Below the pieces are notes generated by a model that saw only the letters and a list, made by a program, of their open reading frames with translations, did no database searches and had not been told where the DNA came from. A DNA stretch of 64,000 bases from an uncultured Thiomicrospira sp. (GTDB taxonomy: Bacteria > Pseudomonadota > Gammaproteobacteria > CAKMZV01), in the NCBI GenBank assembly GCA_965195345.1, contig OZ239628.1, positions 736,001 through 800,000 of the forward strand, given 5' to 3'. Below, piece after piece: positions 20,890 to 30,386 of the stretch (position 1 is its first letter; every line of letters starts with the position of its first letter). A program made the translations under genes and the position numbers.

Positions 20890-21211
20890 ACTTTTTTAGT
20901 GATTAAGTTGGGTAGGTCGTCAACGCACATCAATCTTATATCTACGTCTATTATTTAGCTCAGTAGTAAATTAACTATTATTGCGATTCCAGTTAGAGTT
21001 GACTTAGAACTCAGATTTTTTCCCATTTAATTTAACCTTGTTTAAATAGAACGTGCTGCTTTCTTTAAAGTGTTGAAGTGGTCTTATAGCACTATATAGG
21101 TTGCATTTATTCTAAGTAAGAAGTAATGCGAAGTGTATAAGTAGTCAGGAAACTAAACACTGCAAAGAATTGGTAGATGAGATGAGTCAGGTTTAGAGGG
21201 AAAAACTAAGT

Positions 21212-21240
21212 AAAAAAAACGGGCGCAAGCGCCCGTTTTT
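21212..21240 (-). terminator. Rho-independent terminator of the porin gene (possibly bidirectional)
   Basis: A8-CGGGCGC-aa-GCGCCCG-T5 inverted repeat. Confidence 0.88.
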
Positions 21241-21256
21241 GTTAAATCCAGTTGGA

Positions 21257-22411
21257 TTACATGACAGACAATGTGCCTTGTTGGAAGTCAACACCGAACT
21301 GTACACGAACACCTAAGCCAAGAGTAGTAACAGAATCTGGATCATTTCCAGATGCTACTTCTCCAGAGTCGCTACGGAAATAAGCATACGTTTGAGCGTT
21401 AGCTGATTTAATATCATAGCGTATTTGAGCTCCAAATGCTGAAAAGTTTGTACCATCTACACCACCTGCATTAGTACTTTGACTAAAGTAAGCACCATAA
21501 GCCGTTCTACTTGTTTGAAATTCAACACGAAAATATGCGTTGGCTTCAGTTTCAGAGTCTGCACCTAATGTATTTGCACCAAATGTACGTTGTGAAACCG
21601 CGGCATCAAGCAATATTGGTCCAAAATCATATGCACCATTTACAAGAATAATACTTTCTGCGCCTACACCTACTGCTGCAGTAACATCACCTAATTGAAC
21701 AACGTTGGTCCCTATAGTAGCTGTAGTAGCACCTCCAACAGATGCCTGTTGAGCTTCTCCAGCAGTCACGAATGCACCATTTGCAGTCCAAGAGTTACCG
21801 CTTGCTCTTGCAGAAATCCCGATTTGATTAGCTCTTACACCGTCTTCATCCGGATTTCCTCTTTCAGGTGCGAAAGAGACATGGAAGCTAATGATATCAG
21901 CGAGTTTTGGAGAGTCATAGCGAATAACGTGATCTCTGTAAGCACCGAAAAAGAATCCAGCTTGAGAAGGAGAGGCGCCACGAGCTGGACCATCAGCAAG
22001 CCATGTGCGTGCCCAGTAGCTTTCTTCCAATCCTGCTACAGCCGTCTCAGATTGACCTGCTATAACTTGACCCCAGTCGCCACCTACAGAAACATAACCT
22101 TGTCTTACTCGGAATGTTCCATCGCGTCCTTCACCTACTTCACGTGCAAAGTTATAGCCTGCTTCGATACGTACACCGAAAGTTGTTCCGTTTTCATTCG
22201 TAGTAGAACCAGTAAATCCAAAGCGTGAAGGGGAAGAACCACCATCTACTAGTTGCAGTTGAGACGCATCTCCATCATTTCCACCGCCTGTGCTGATGCT
22301 TTGGAGATTAACGTGCATGTGTCCGTAAAAACCCGATGCTGCCATTGCAGAGGTGGCAGCAAAGGAACCTGCGACAATCGCAGATAATGCTAAAGTTTTA
22401 GCTAATTTCAT
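21257..22411 (-). CDS. Gram-negative trimeric-type outer-membrane porin
   Basis: Signal peptide, FYG, SRFGFTG, RQGYV...GDWG, IRYDSP, alternating beta strands, strongly biased codons, strong terminator. Confidence 0.88.
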   Translation of the reverse strand: MKLAKTLALSAIVAGSFAATSAMAASGFYGHMHVNLQSISTGGGNDGDASQLQLVDGGSSPSRFGFTGSTTNENGTTFGVRIEAGYNFAREVGEGRDGTFRVRQGYVSVGGDWGQVIAGQSETAVAGLEESYWARTWLADGPARGASPSQAGFFFGAYRDHVIRYDSPKLADIISFHVSFAPERGNPDEDGVRANQIGISARASGNSWTANGAFVTAGEAQQASVGGATTATIGTNVVQLGDVTAAVGVGAESIILVNGAYDFGPILLDAAVSQRTFGANTLGADSETEANAYFRVEFQTSRTAYGAYFSQSTNAGGVDGTNFSAFGAQIRYDIKSANAQTYAYFRSDSGEVASGNDPDSVTTLGLGVRVQFGVDFQQGTLSVM

Positions 22412-22504
22412 AGTCTTACCTCGTGGTTATATTAAAGTATTTAATTATTTAATTTTTTAATTTTTCTTACCCCCGAAAAATTCAGAGGCATTTCTTTAGG
22501 TGCG

Positions 22505-22534
22505 AATTTACGCTTATTTTTCTAAGAAAGTCAA
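22505..22534 (-). promoter_or_regulatory. Candidate sigma70 promoter of the porin
   Basis: Minus strand TTGACT-N18-TAAATT with an A/T-rich upstream tract. Confidence 0.45.
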
Positions 22535-22713
22535 CCTTTTATTGAAAAAAAAGCGTTTTTTTTGTTTTTTTACACTATGTTATCCCTCAAAACAAGGAAT
22601 TTCCTTAATCAAACGCTCTTTAAATTATTTTACATCATGTGAAACGTTATTGTGTGATGCATACATCTAATTGTGCTTTGTAGTTATAAAATAAATGTGC
22701 TATATGCTTTTGG

Positions 22714-22750
22714 AGACCCATCGTCGTTCTGTAGACTCATCGTCGTTTGT
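22714..22750. repeat. Tandem ~19-bp direct repeat in the porin/ALDH divergent intergenic region
   Basis: AGACCCATCGTCGTTCTGT / AGACTCATCGTCGTTTGT. Confidence 0.6.
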
Positions 22751-23059
22751 GTTTCTCTTTATAGCTTCTTCTCAGCACCATGATTCATTGTTTTTAAGCA
22801 GTAAATTAAGATTCTCATAAACCATATTGAACGGATGCTTAAGTGGAAATGGCATGATATCTCCTCTATATATTATTAATACGTCTTTTTCTCACTAAAC
22901 TTTATTTGAGCATAATTGCTTCTTTGCTCTTCTATCATGAAAAGATGAGATTGCCAAAAATGTCATTTGTGTATTTTTAAGCGCACCTCTATTATTAAAA
23001 ATAATGGACAATGCGCTTTAATAAAATAAACCAACCAGATAATGCTGATAGGAGTTGCG

Positions 23060-24520
23060 ATGTTAAACGAGAATTTTGGAAGTAATCATGAATTTAAAAA
23101 TTATATTAATGGGGAGTGGGTTGGTGGAGGCAGTGCGTTTGAAAATATCAATCCGTCAGACTTGAGTGATAAGATAGGATTGATTTCTGCAGCAACGTCA
23201 CAACAAATTAATGATGCACTTGTAGGTGCAAAAAATGCACAAAAAGAATGGGCGGCAACAGGCATTGAAAAACGTGCTGGATTATTGCAAAAAATTGGCG
23301 ATACTTTAATTGCTCGTTCTGCAACGGTTGGTGAATTGTTGGCGCGCGAGGAAGGTAAAACGCGTGCTGAAGGAATAGGTGAGGTATATCGATCGGGGCA
23401 ATTTTTTCAATATTATGCAGCACAATCATTGCGCTTAATGGGCGATTTTTGTGATTCAGTGCGCCCAGGTGTTGAAGTGGAAGTTTTGCGTGATCCAGTG
23501 GGGACGGTATTGATTGTTGCGCCTTGGAACTTTCCTGTTGCAGTACCTGCGTGGAAAATGGCTCCTGCTTTAGCGTTTGGTAACAGCGTCGTTCTGAAAC
23601 CAGCACAATTGACATCAGGCAGCGCGTGTGCGTTATTTGAAATTATTGAAGAAGTTGGTATGCCTCCTGGTTTATGTCAACTACTGTTAGGGAAGGGGAG
23701 TGTGGTTGGAGATCAGTTGATTAAGCACGATGGGTTTGATGCGGTTAGTTTCACTGGTTCTTTGAATACTGGACGTTTAATCGCGCAAGAATCAGCAAGC
23801 CGACTACGGCGTTTCCAATTAGAAATGGGCAGTAAAAATGCTTTAGTTGTGGTAGATGATGCTGATTTGGATGTTGCAGTAGCATGTGCAGTCAATGGTG
23901 CGTTTTTTGGCACTGGGCAGAAATGTACCGCTTCCTCACGTATTATCGTAACCGATAAAATACACGATGCTTTTCTTGAAAAATTTGTAGAAGCGACCAA
24001 AGTGTTAAAAGTTGGGCATGCTTTGCATCCAGATTCGCAGATTGGTCCTTGTGTCAATGCGGAGGAATTGGCTTCGAATCAACATTATGTTGCTGTGGCT
24101 AAAAAAGAAGGAGCGGGTGTGGCGTGGGAAGGGACGGTTGGGCAACAAGAAACCGAAGGACATTATTTTGCCCCAGTTATTTTTTATAATACAAAGAACG
24201 ACATGACAATTAATCGTGAAGAGGTATTTGGTCCAGTTACTTGCTTAATAAAAGCCAATGATTATGAAGAAGCATTACACATGTCCAATGATACGGATTA
24301 TGGGTTAACTTCTGGCATCATTACAACCTCATTGAAAACGGCCAATCATTTTAAACGGCATGCACAATCAGGATGCGTCATGGTGAATTTGCCGACGGCT
24401 GGTACGGATTATCATGTGCCTTTTGGAGGGAATAAGCTTTCTTCATTTGGTCCGCGTGAACAAGGGAGTTACGCTGCTGAATTTTATACGCGCGTAAAAA
24501 CAGCATACATTAAACCGTGA
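23060..24520 (+). CDS. Aldehyde dehydrogenase (alpha-ketoglutaric semialdehyde dehydrogenase-like)
   Basis: PWNFP, SFTGS, LEMGSKN, GQKCTASS, EEVFGP, PFGG; SD AGGAG before ATG 23060. Confidence 0.92.
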   Translation: MLNENFGSNHEFKNYINGEWVGGGSAFENINPSDLSDKIGLISAATSQQINDALVGAKNAQKEWAATGIEKRAGLLQKIGDTLIARSATVGELLAREEGKTRAEGIGEVYRSGQFFQYYAAQSLRLMGDFCDSVRPGVEVEVLRDPVGTVLIVAPWNFPVAVPAWKMAPALAFGNSVVLKPAQLTSGSACALFEIIEEVGMPPGLCQLLLGKGSVVGDQLIKHDGFDAVSFTGSLNTGRLIAQESASRLRRFQLEMGSKNALVVVDDADLDVAVACAVNGAFFGTGQKCTASSRIIVTDKIHDAFLEKFVEATKVLKVGHALHPDSQIGPCVNAEELASNQHYVAVAKKEGAGVAWEGTVGQQETEGHYFAPVIFYNTKNDMTINREEVFGPVTCLIKANDYEEALHMSNDTDYGLTSGIITTSLKTANHFKRHAQSGCVMVNLPTAGTDYHVPFGGNKLSSFGPREQGSYAAEFYTRVKTAYIKP

Positions 24521-24779
24521 TCGACTTGATTGTCAATATGGAAGGCATAAATTGAAATGGGAAGATTTTTTTCTGATTTATCCATGCTGAGTACACATGT
24601 TTTTGCTTAATATCTATTGCTCTTATTTTTGATAAATACTGCTTGTTGACTCACAGTTTAATTTATAATAATTTGAGTATTCGTATCACAGGACGTGTCT
24701 TTACATCATTAGAATGCTGGCTTTTATCGCGCGCGCAAACTGTGGTGGTAATTTAGTACATACAAAAGTTGGGGCTATA

Positions 24780-27700
24780 ATGTTATTTGATATGCATAAT
24801 ATAAAACGGTGGTTGTTTTTGTCTTTGTTTGTTTTTCTGTCTGCCTGCGGTGGCGGTGGCGGTGGTGGTACAACACCTCCATCTACTAATACAGCACCAA
24901 GCTTAAGCCTCTCTGTCAATGCCGTAACGCTTGATGAAGATTTTGGCACCTTTATCATCAACACCACTGCAACCGATGCAGAAGATGGCGATCTTCCCAC
25001 TGCAGTGACTGGACAAGATGCCAGTCTATTCGCCGTAACCACTTCTACTAATCAGATAATACTCACCTCCGTAGCTAATGCCAACGGCATAGCTACGCTT
25101 ACAGTAAGCATTGTTGATAGCGGAAATCTCTCTGCTTCCACCGAAGTGGTTGTCACCATCAACGCCATCAATGATACGCCCACACTTACCTTTTCAACCA
25201 CTCAATTTAGTCTAAATCCAAATTTCATGCCTCAGACAATAGCAACAGCAACAGACGTTGATGATGCTTCCTTGCTCCTAACCTTTGCACTATCTGCAAC
25301 CGATGTAGTACAAATAACGACAGTTGCTAATCGGTTTATATTAAATCCTATCACTAATGCTTTTGGCGAGACAACCATCACTCTAACAGCAACTGATAAC
25401 AGCGGTAATCAGTCATCTCAAATTTTCACAGTGCGCGTTAACGGATTCCCTACATTAGCCTTATCAACGCAGCGTATCACTTTAGATGAAGACTTTGGCA
25501 CCTTTATCATCAACACCACTGCCACCGATGTAGAAGATGGCGTGCTTCCCGTTGCAGTGACTGGACAAGATGCCAGTTTATTCGCCGTAACCACTTCTAC
25601 CAATCAGATTATGCTTACCTCCGTTGCTAATGCCAACGGCACAGCTACACTTACAGTAAGCATTGTTGATAGTGGAAATCTCTCCGCTTCCACCGAAGTG
25701 GTGGTGATTGTCAACGCCGTCAATGATACGCCCACACTTACTTTTTCAACCACTCAACTTAGTCTAAATGCAAATTTCATGCCTCAGACAATAGCAACAG
25801 CAACAGACGTTGATGATGCTTCCTTGCTCCTAATCTCTACACCATCTGCAACCGATGTAGTACAAATAACGACTGTTGCTAATCAGTTTATATTAAATCC
25901 TATCACTAATGCTTTTGGCGACACAACTATCACCCTAGCAGTATCTGATGATGATGGTGCACGCTCTTCTTCTCAAATTTTCACAGTGCGCGTTAACGCA
26001 CCCATTGCATCGACAACGCCTACATTAGCTTTATCAACGCAGAACATCACTTTAGATGAAGACTTTGGTACTTTTATTATCAACACTACTGCAAGTGATG
26101 CAGAAGATGGGACGTTGTTAGTGAGAGTATCTTCTGGACAGGCTGGCTTATTAACCACTAATGCTACTACTGATCAAATTACGCTCACTTCCGTTGCCAA
26201 TGCTACTGGAACAGTTACGCTCAACGTACTTGCTATTGACAGTGGTGGTCTTGCAGCCTCCACCGAAGTGGTAGTTGTTATCAATGACGTCAATGATACT
26301 CCGACATTGACTCTTTCTACAACAAATATTACCATCGTTGAAAATGCCACTGCTCGTCAAACCATTTCCATTACTGATGTGGCAGATGTTGAGGGAAGCA
26401 CACTTACTTTTTCAGTCATTGCCTCCACTTCTGTGTTTAGTAGTAATCCTACATCTGTAGTCTCTTTTTCAGACACAAGAATGATAACCTTTAGTAGACA
26501 AAGTACTACTGCTCAACTCTATTACACTCTACGACCTGACAGCACAGGCACGGGCTTCATTCAAATTGCTCTAACAGATGGCATAGACACACAGTTTACA
26601 ACTGTTACTGTGACTGTGACAGAAGCTAAAAACCCGCCCCAAATCACTCAAGACTTTAGAACACATCGCTTCTTTGATGCACGTGCAACACGTGTGGGTG
26701 CTGTTGGAGGTGTCTTATTTGCAGCACGAGGTACATTCACTGGATCGCTTGTAACAACCTCTACAGATGGTACAGGGAATTTTGGCAGTCAATTAAACTT
26801 TGCTCGTTCCTTAGGGGGGAGTTTAGCAGAACTGTACACTGAGGAAACATACAACGCTTTATTGGGTTCTGTTTTAGTTTCCAATGGCACTGCAACATCA
26901 GGGTTTGGGGATGATCGTTTTTGGCTTGGATTGACCAATATGCCTGACTCTTTTGGAGTCACCGTAGCAGATCAATCTTCAACAGATAATCGCTACTTTT
27001 GGTTATCTGGTCAACGGGTATCGCAAGGATCAGGTGGTGCTCGTATAGACGTCCCAGGAGTATACATAGGCTGGGGGGCAGCTTCTCCGGGTAATCAGGG
27101 TTGTGCTGATCTGATTCTTGGTGAAGAAGTGCCTGTAGGGTTCAGACCTTGGGCAAGTGATGGGTGCAATGAGTCATCATTTGCTCTCTTCGGTATGCTA
27201 AAAGCGTTGATGCAGTTCCCAAATGGCTTACCTACTACCTCCTCAATGATCGTTCAAGCGAGGTCTCCGATCACCCGTATTCGTTTAAGTGGTTATGATC
27301 TTGATGGTTCAGATAATACATTGTCTTGGCAAGTCACCAGTGCATCTGGCGGTAGTATCACCACTTCCACAGTCTATAGCAGTACTGGCGCACAAACCTT
27401 AGAGATTTCTTACACCCCTGTGAGCGGCTTTTCAGACACTGCAACCCTTGTTGTAAGTTTAGATGATGGTGATAGTGCTACACAAAATAGTACTGCCCGT
27501 GTATTGGTGGTTAATAACACACCAACTTTAATACTCTCAACCAATACTATCAGCTTAGATGAAGACTTTACCAGCTTCGTCATTAACACCACTGCAACCG
27601 ATGCAGCAGGGGTAACCGACTTTAGTGTTAGCACAGGAAATGGTATTGTTCTTGTAACCACCTCTGCTGATGCAATTACACTGCAATCACTTGCGAATAT

Positions 27701-30386
27701 AAGTGGTGCTGTAACCTTAACAGTCGTTGTGGATAGTGGTCTTTTGGCAAATGTACAGACGATTAGCGTTGTGGTTAATCCAGTTAACGACACCCCCACG
27801 CTGTCTTTATCTGTGACGCAAAGGGTGCTTGCTCAAAACTTTGGCACTTTCGTCATCAACACCACTGCAACCGATGTGGAATCAGGCACATTGGGCTTTA
27901 GTGTCAGTACAGGTAATGGCATTGTTGATGTAACAACCTCTGTCAATACGATTACTCTGCAATCACTCGCCAATGTCATAGGCGATGTGACGTTAACGGT
28001 TAGCGTAAGCGATGGACTATTGACGGCCACACAGTCCATTTTTATATCCGTTAGTAGCGTTCCGACGTTTGAGTTGTCCACAAACACTATCGTTTTAGAT
28101 GAAGATTTTACTACCTTTACCATCAACACCACTGCAACGGCTGCAGATGGGGCTATATTACCTACTTCAGTATTGCAGAGCACGCCTAATCTACTTACGT
28201 TTAGCACCACAACTGGGCGCATTACCCTCTCATCTATTGCGAATGTGAATGGAGTAACGACCCTTACCGTCAGTGCAACCAATCAAGGTGGATTAACGAA
28301 TACGACAGAAGTAGCCATTACCATTAATTCCATTAATGATACTCCCACGCTCAGTTTATCAAGTACAAACTTAACCTTGGCACCTAATAGCACTGGTTTG
28401 ATAACTGCCTTTGGTGCAGATGTGGAAACAAGCAGTGCCTCATTGGTCTATTCTGTACAACAAAATCCATCTTTGTTGCAGGTGAGTACACAAGGCAATG
28501 TCATCGTACTGAGATCGACTACTACTGCAGGCTCGACCACTTTAGTGATAACCGTTACTGATGGCGGTAACTTAAGTGCTTCAGCAACCGCTCGAGTTAC
28601 TGTTCTCTCTGGCGTTTTGAATATTGCTTTGAATGTTAAACGCATTAACTTTTCTTGGAATACATCTCCTACAGCAAATCATTACCGCATGCTTAGCAAT
28701 GTCGATTTGAATGCTGGTGGTGGTTTTGTTGATGCCAGTAGCGCAAGCTTAGTTTTTATACCGAATAGCACGAATATTATCAATACTACAGTCTCTGCAA
28801 CAGTGGATGTAGCAGGCTATCTTTCTACGGCTGATGGACCACAGTATCTGCTAGAAGCTTGTAGTAGTGTGGATAATTCAGCCTGTTCTATTCATGCACA
28901 ACAATCCCTGAGCAATGCTCAGTTAGAGGGATTGATTGGTTACTTCAAAGCATCTAATACAGATGCTAATGATATGTTTGGTCGTAATGTAGCAATAAGC
29001 GGTGATGGTAACACACTTGTGGTCAGTGCACAATTTGAAGACAGCACCGCCACTGGCATTAACGGTGATCAAACAAACAATGGTGCGGGTGATTCTGGTG
29101 CAGTCTATGTTTTTGTACGCAACAGTGCAGGCACATGGAGTCAACAAGCATACATTAAAGCCTCTAATGCAGAAGCCAATGATCAGTTTGGTACAGCTAT
29201 ATCGATAAGCGATAATGGTAATACGCTAATTGTTGGTGCATTTGGGGAGGACAGCACCGCCACTGGCGTTAACGGTGATCAAACAAACAATGGTGCGGGT
29301 GATTCTGGTGCAGCCTATGTTTTTGTGCGCAGTAGTACGGCGGGCACATGGAGTCAACAAGCCTATCTCAAAGCATCTAATACAGAAGCTGGGGATGAGT
29401 TTAGCCGAGAAGGCGTTTCAATTAGTGGTGATGGTAATACTCTAATTGTCAGTGCACTTGGTGAAGACAGCAGTGCCACTGGTGTGGGCGGCGATGAAAC
29501 AAGCGGTGGTGCTGCTGATTCTGGTGCAGCCTATGTTTTTGTGCGCAGTAGTACAGATTCATCATGGAGCCAACAAGCTTATATCAAAGCTTCTAATCCA
29601 AATAGCACTGATCGATTTGGCGAAGCTGTATCGATGGATGATGATGGTAATACTCTAGTTATTGGTGCACCTTTTGAAGACAGCACTGCCACGGGCATCA
29701 ACGGCAATGAAACAAGTAATGGAGCACTTGGCGCAGGCGCAGCCTATGTTTTTGTGCGTAGTACTACGGGTACATGGAGTCAACAAGCTTACATCAAAGC
29801 CTCTAATACGGATTCTTTGGATAACTTTGGTACAACCGTACCAATAAGCGATGATGGTAATACCATCGTCATCGGTGCCGCTTTTGAAGACAGTAATGCT
29901 ACGGGTATCAACGGTGATGAAGTAAACAATAATTCAACTAACACTGGTGCAGCCTATGTTTTTGTGCGCAGTAGTACGGGCAGCTGGAGTCAGCAAGCCT
30001 ACATAAAAGCCTCAAATGCAGAGGATAGTGATCTATTTGGTCTCGATGCAGGGATAAGCGGTGATGGTAATACGCTTGTAGTCGGTGCATTTGGGGAGGA
30101 CAGCGCTGCTACTGGTATCAACGGCGATGAAACAGTAAATAGTGCAACTAATGCTGGTGCAGCCTATCTTTTTGTTCGTAGCAGCACGGGCACGTGGAGT
30201 CAACAAGCCTACATCAAAGCCTCTAACACAGAAGCAAATGATCAATTTGGTTCAGCTCTCTCAATAAGCGACGATGGTAGAACACTCGCTATTGGTTCAA
30301 ATGCTGAAGAGAGCGATGCCACCGGCATTAATGGCGATCAAGCAGACAATAGTCAAGATAACGCTGGTGCAGTGTATTTATATTAG
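24780..30386 (+). CDS. Giant surface lipoprotein/adhesin 1 (1868 aa): cadherin-like repeats, C-type lectin-like domain, FN3-like domain, 7-blade FG-GAP propeller
   Basis: Lipobox LSAC plus Gly7; DED/DxEDG/NDxP repeats; SLGGSLA..FWLGL..W..P..C..W..C; seven YxKASN repeats; ends GAVYLY; start set by homology to copy 2. Confidence 0.88.
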   Translation: MLFDMHNIKRWLFLSLFVFLSACGGGGGGGTTPPSTNTAPSLSLSVNAVTLDEDFGTFIINTTATDAEDGDLPTAVTGQDASLFAVTTSTNQIILTSVANANGIATLTVSIVDSGNLSASTEVVVTINAINDTPTLTFSTTQFSLNPNFMPQTIATATDVDDASLLLTFALSATDVVQITTVANRFILNPITNAFGETTITLTATDNSGNQSSQIFTVRVNGFPTLALSTQRITLDEDFGTFIINTTATDVEDGVLPVAVTGQDASLFAVTTSTNQIMLTSVANANGTATLTVSIVDSGNLSASTEVVVIVNAVNDTPTLTFSTTQLSLNANFMPQTIATATDVDDASLLLISTPSATDVVQITTVANQFILNPITNAFGDTTITLAVSDDDGARSSSQIFTVRVNAPIASTTPTLALSTQNITLDEDFGTFIINTTASDAEDGTLLVRVSSGQAGLLTTNATTDQITLTSVANATGTVTLNVLAIDSGGLAASTEVVVVINDVNDTPTLTLSTTNITIVENATARQTISITDVADVEGSTLTFSVIASTSVFSSNPTSVVSFSDTRMITFSRQSTTAQLYYTLRPDSTGTGFIQIALTDGIDTQFTTVTVTVTEAKNPPQITQDFRTHRFFDARATRVGAVGGVLFAARGTFTGSLVTTSTDGTGNFGSQLNFARSLGGSLAELYTEETYNALLGSVLVSNGTATSGFGDDRFWLGLTNMPDSFGVTVADQSSTDNRYFWLSGQRVSQGSGGARIDVPGVYIGWGAASPGNQGCADLILGEEVPVGFRPWASDGCNESSFALFGMLKALMQFPNGLPTTSSMIVQARSPITRIRLSGYDLDGSDNTLSWQVTSASGGSITTSTVYSSTGAQTLEISYTPVSGFSDTATLVVSLDDGDSATQNSTARVLVVNNTPTLILSTNTISLDEDFTSFVINTTATDAAGVTDFSVSTGNGIVLVTTSADAITLQSLANISGAVTLTVVVDSGLLANVQTISVVVNPVNDTPTLSLSVTQRVLAQNFGTFVINTTATDVESGTLGFSVSTGNGIVDVTTSVNTITLQSLANVIGDVTLTVSVSDGLLTATQSIFISVSSVPTFELSTNTIVLDEDFTTFTINTTATAADGAILPTSVLQSTPNLLTFSTTTGRITLSSIANVNGVTTLTVSATNQGGLTNTTEVAITINSINDTPTLSLSSTNLTLAPNSTGLITAFGADVETSSASLVYSVQQNPSLLQVSTQGNVIVLRSTTTAGSTTLVITVTDGGNLSASATARVTVLSGVLNIALNVKRINFSWNTSPTANHYRMLSNVDLNAGGGFVDASSASLVFIPNSTNIINTTVSATVDVAGYLSTADGPQYLLEACSSVDNSACSIHAQQSLSNAQLEGLIGYFKASNTDANDMFGRNVAISGDGNTLVVSAQFEDSTATGINGDQTNNGAGDSGAVYVFVRNSAGTWSQQAYIKASNAEANDQFGTAISISDNGNTLIVGAFGEDSTATGVNGDQTNNGAGDSGAAYVFVRSSTAGTWSQQAYLKASNTEAGDEFSREGVSISGDGNTLIVSALGEDSSATGVGGDETSGGAADSGAAYVFVRSSTDSSWSQQAYIKASNPNSTDRFGEAVSMDDDGNTLVIGAPFEDSTATGINGNETSNGALGAGAAYVFVRSTTGTWSQQAYIKASNTDSLDNFGTTVPISDDGNTIVIGAAFEDSNATGINGDEVNNNSTNTGAAYVFVRSSTGSWSQQAYIKASNAEDSDLFGLDAGISGDGNTLVVGAFGEDSAATGINGDETVNSATNAGAAYLFVRSSTGTWSQQAYIKASNTEANDQFGSALSISDDGRTLAIGSNAEESDATGINGDQADNSQDNAGAVYLY

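Noticed and set aside
21695-22228. 177-aa plus-strand ORF
   Set aside because: Antisense to the porin, with Ser/Cys-rich shadow composition
24714-24779. Upstream start for adhesin 1
   Set aside because: This stretch is homologous to the non-coding leader of adhesin 2, and the lipobox spacing favours 24780 or later
24847-24870. GGTGGC repeat as an ON/OFF phase-variation tract
   Set aside because: Units are multiples of 3, so slippage changes tether length without frameshifting
26790-27215. Diversity-generating retroelement acting on the lectin-like domains
   Set aside because: Many differences between copies 1 and 2 involve A, but C/T changes and indels also occur, the domain is internal, and no reverse transcriptase or template repeat is in the window. 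A genome-wide RT/TR search would settle it.
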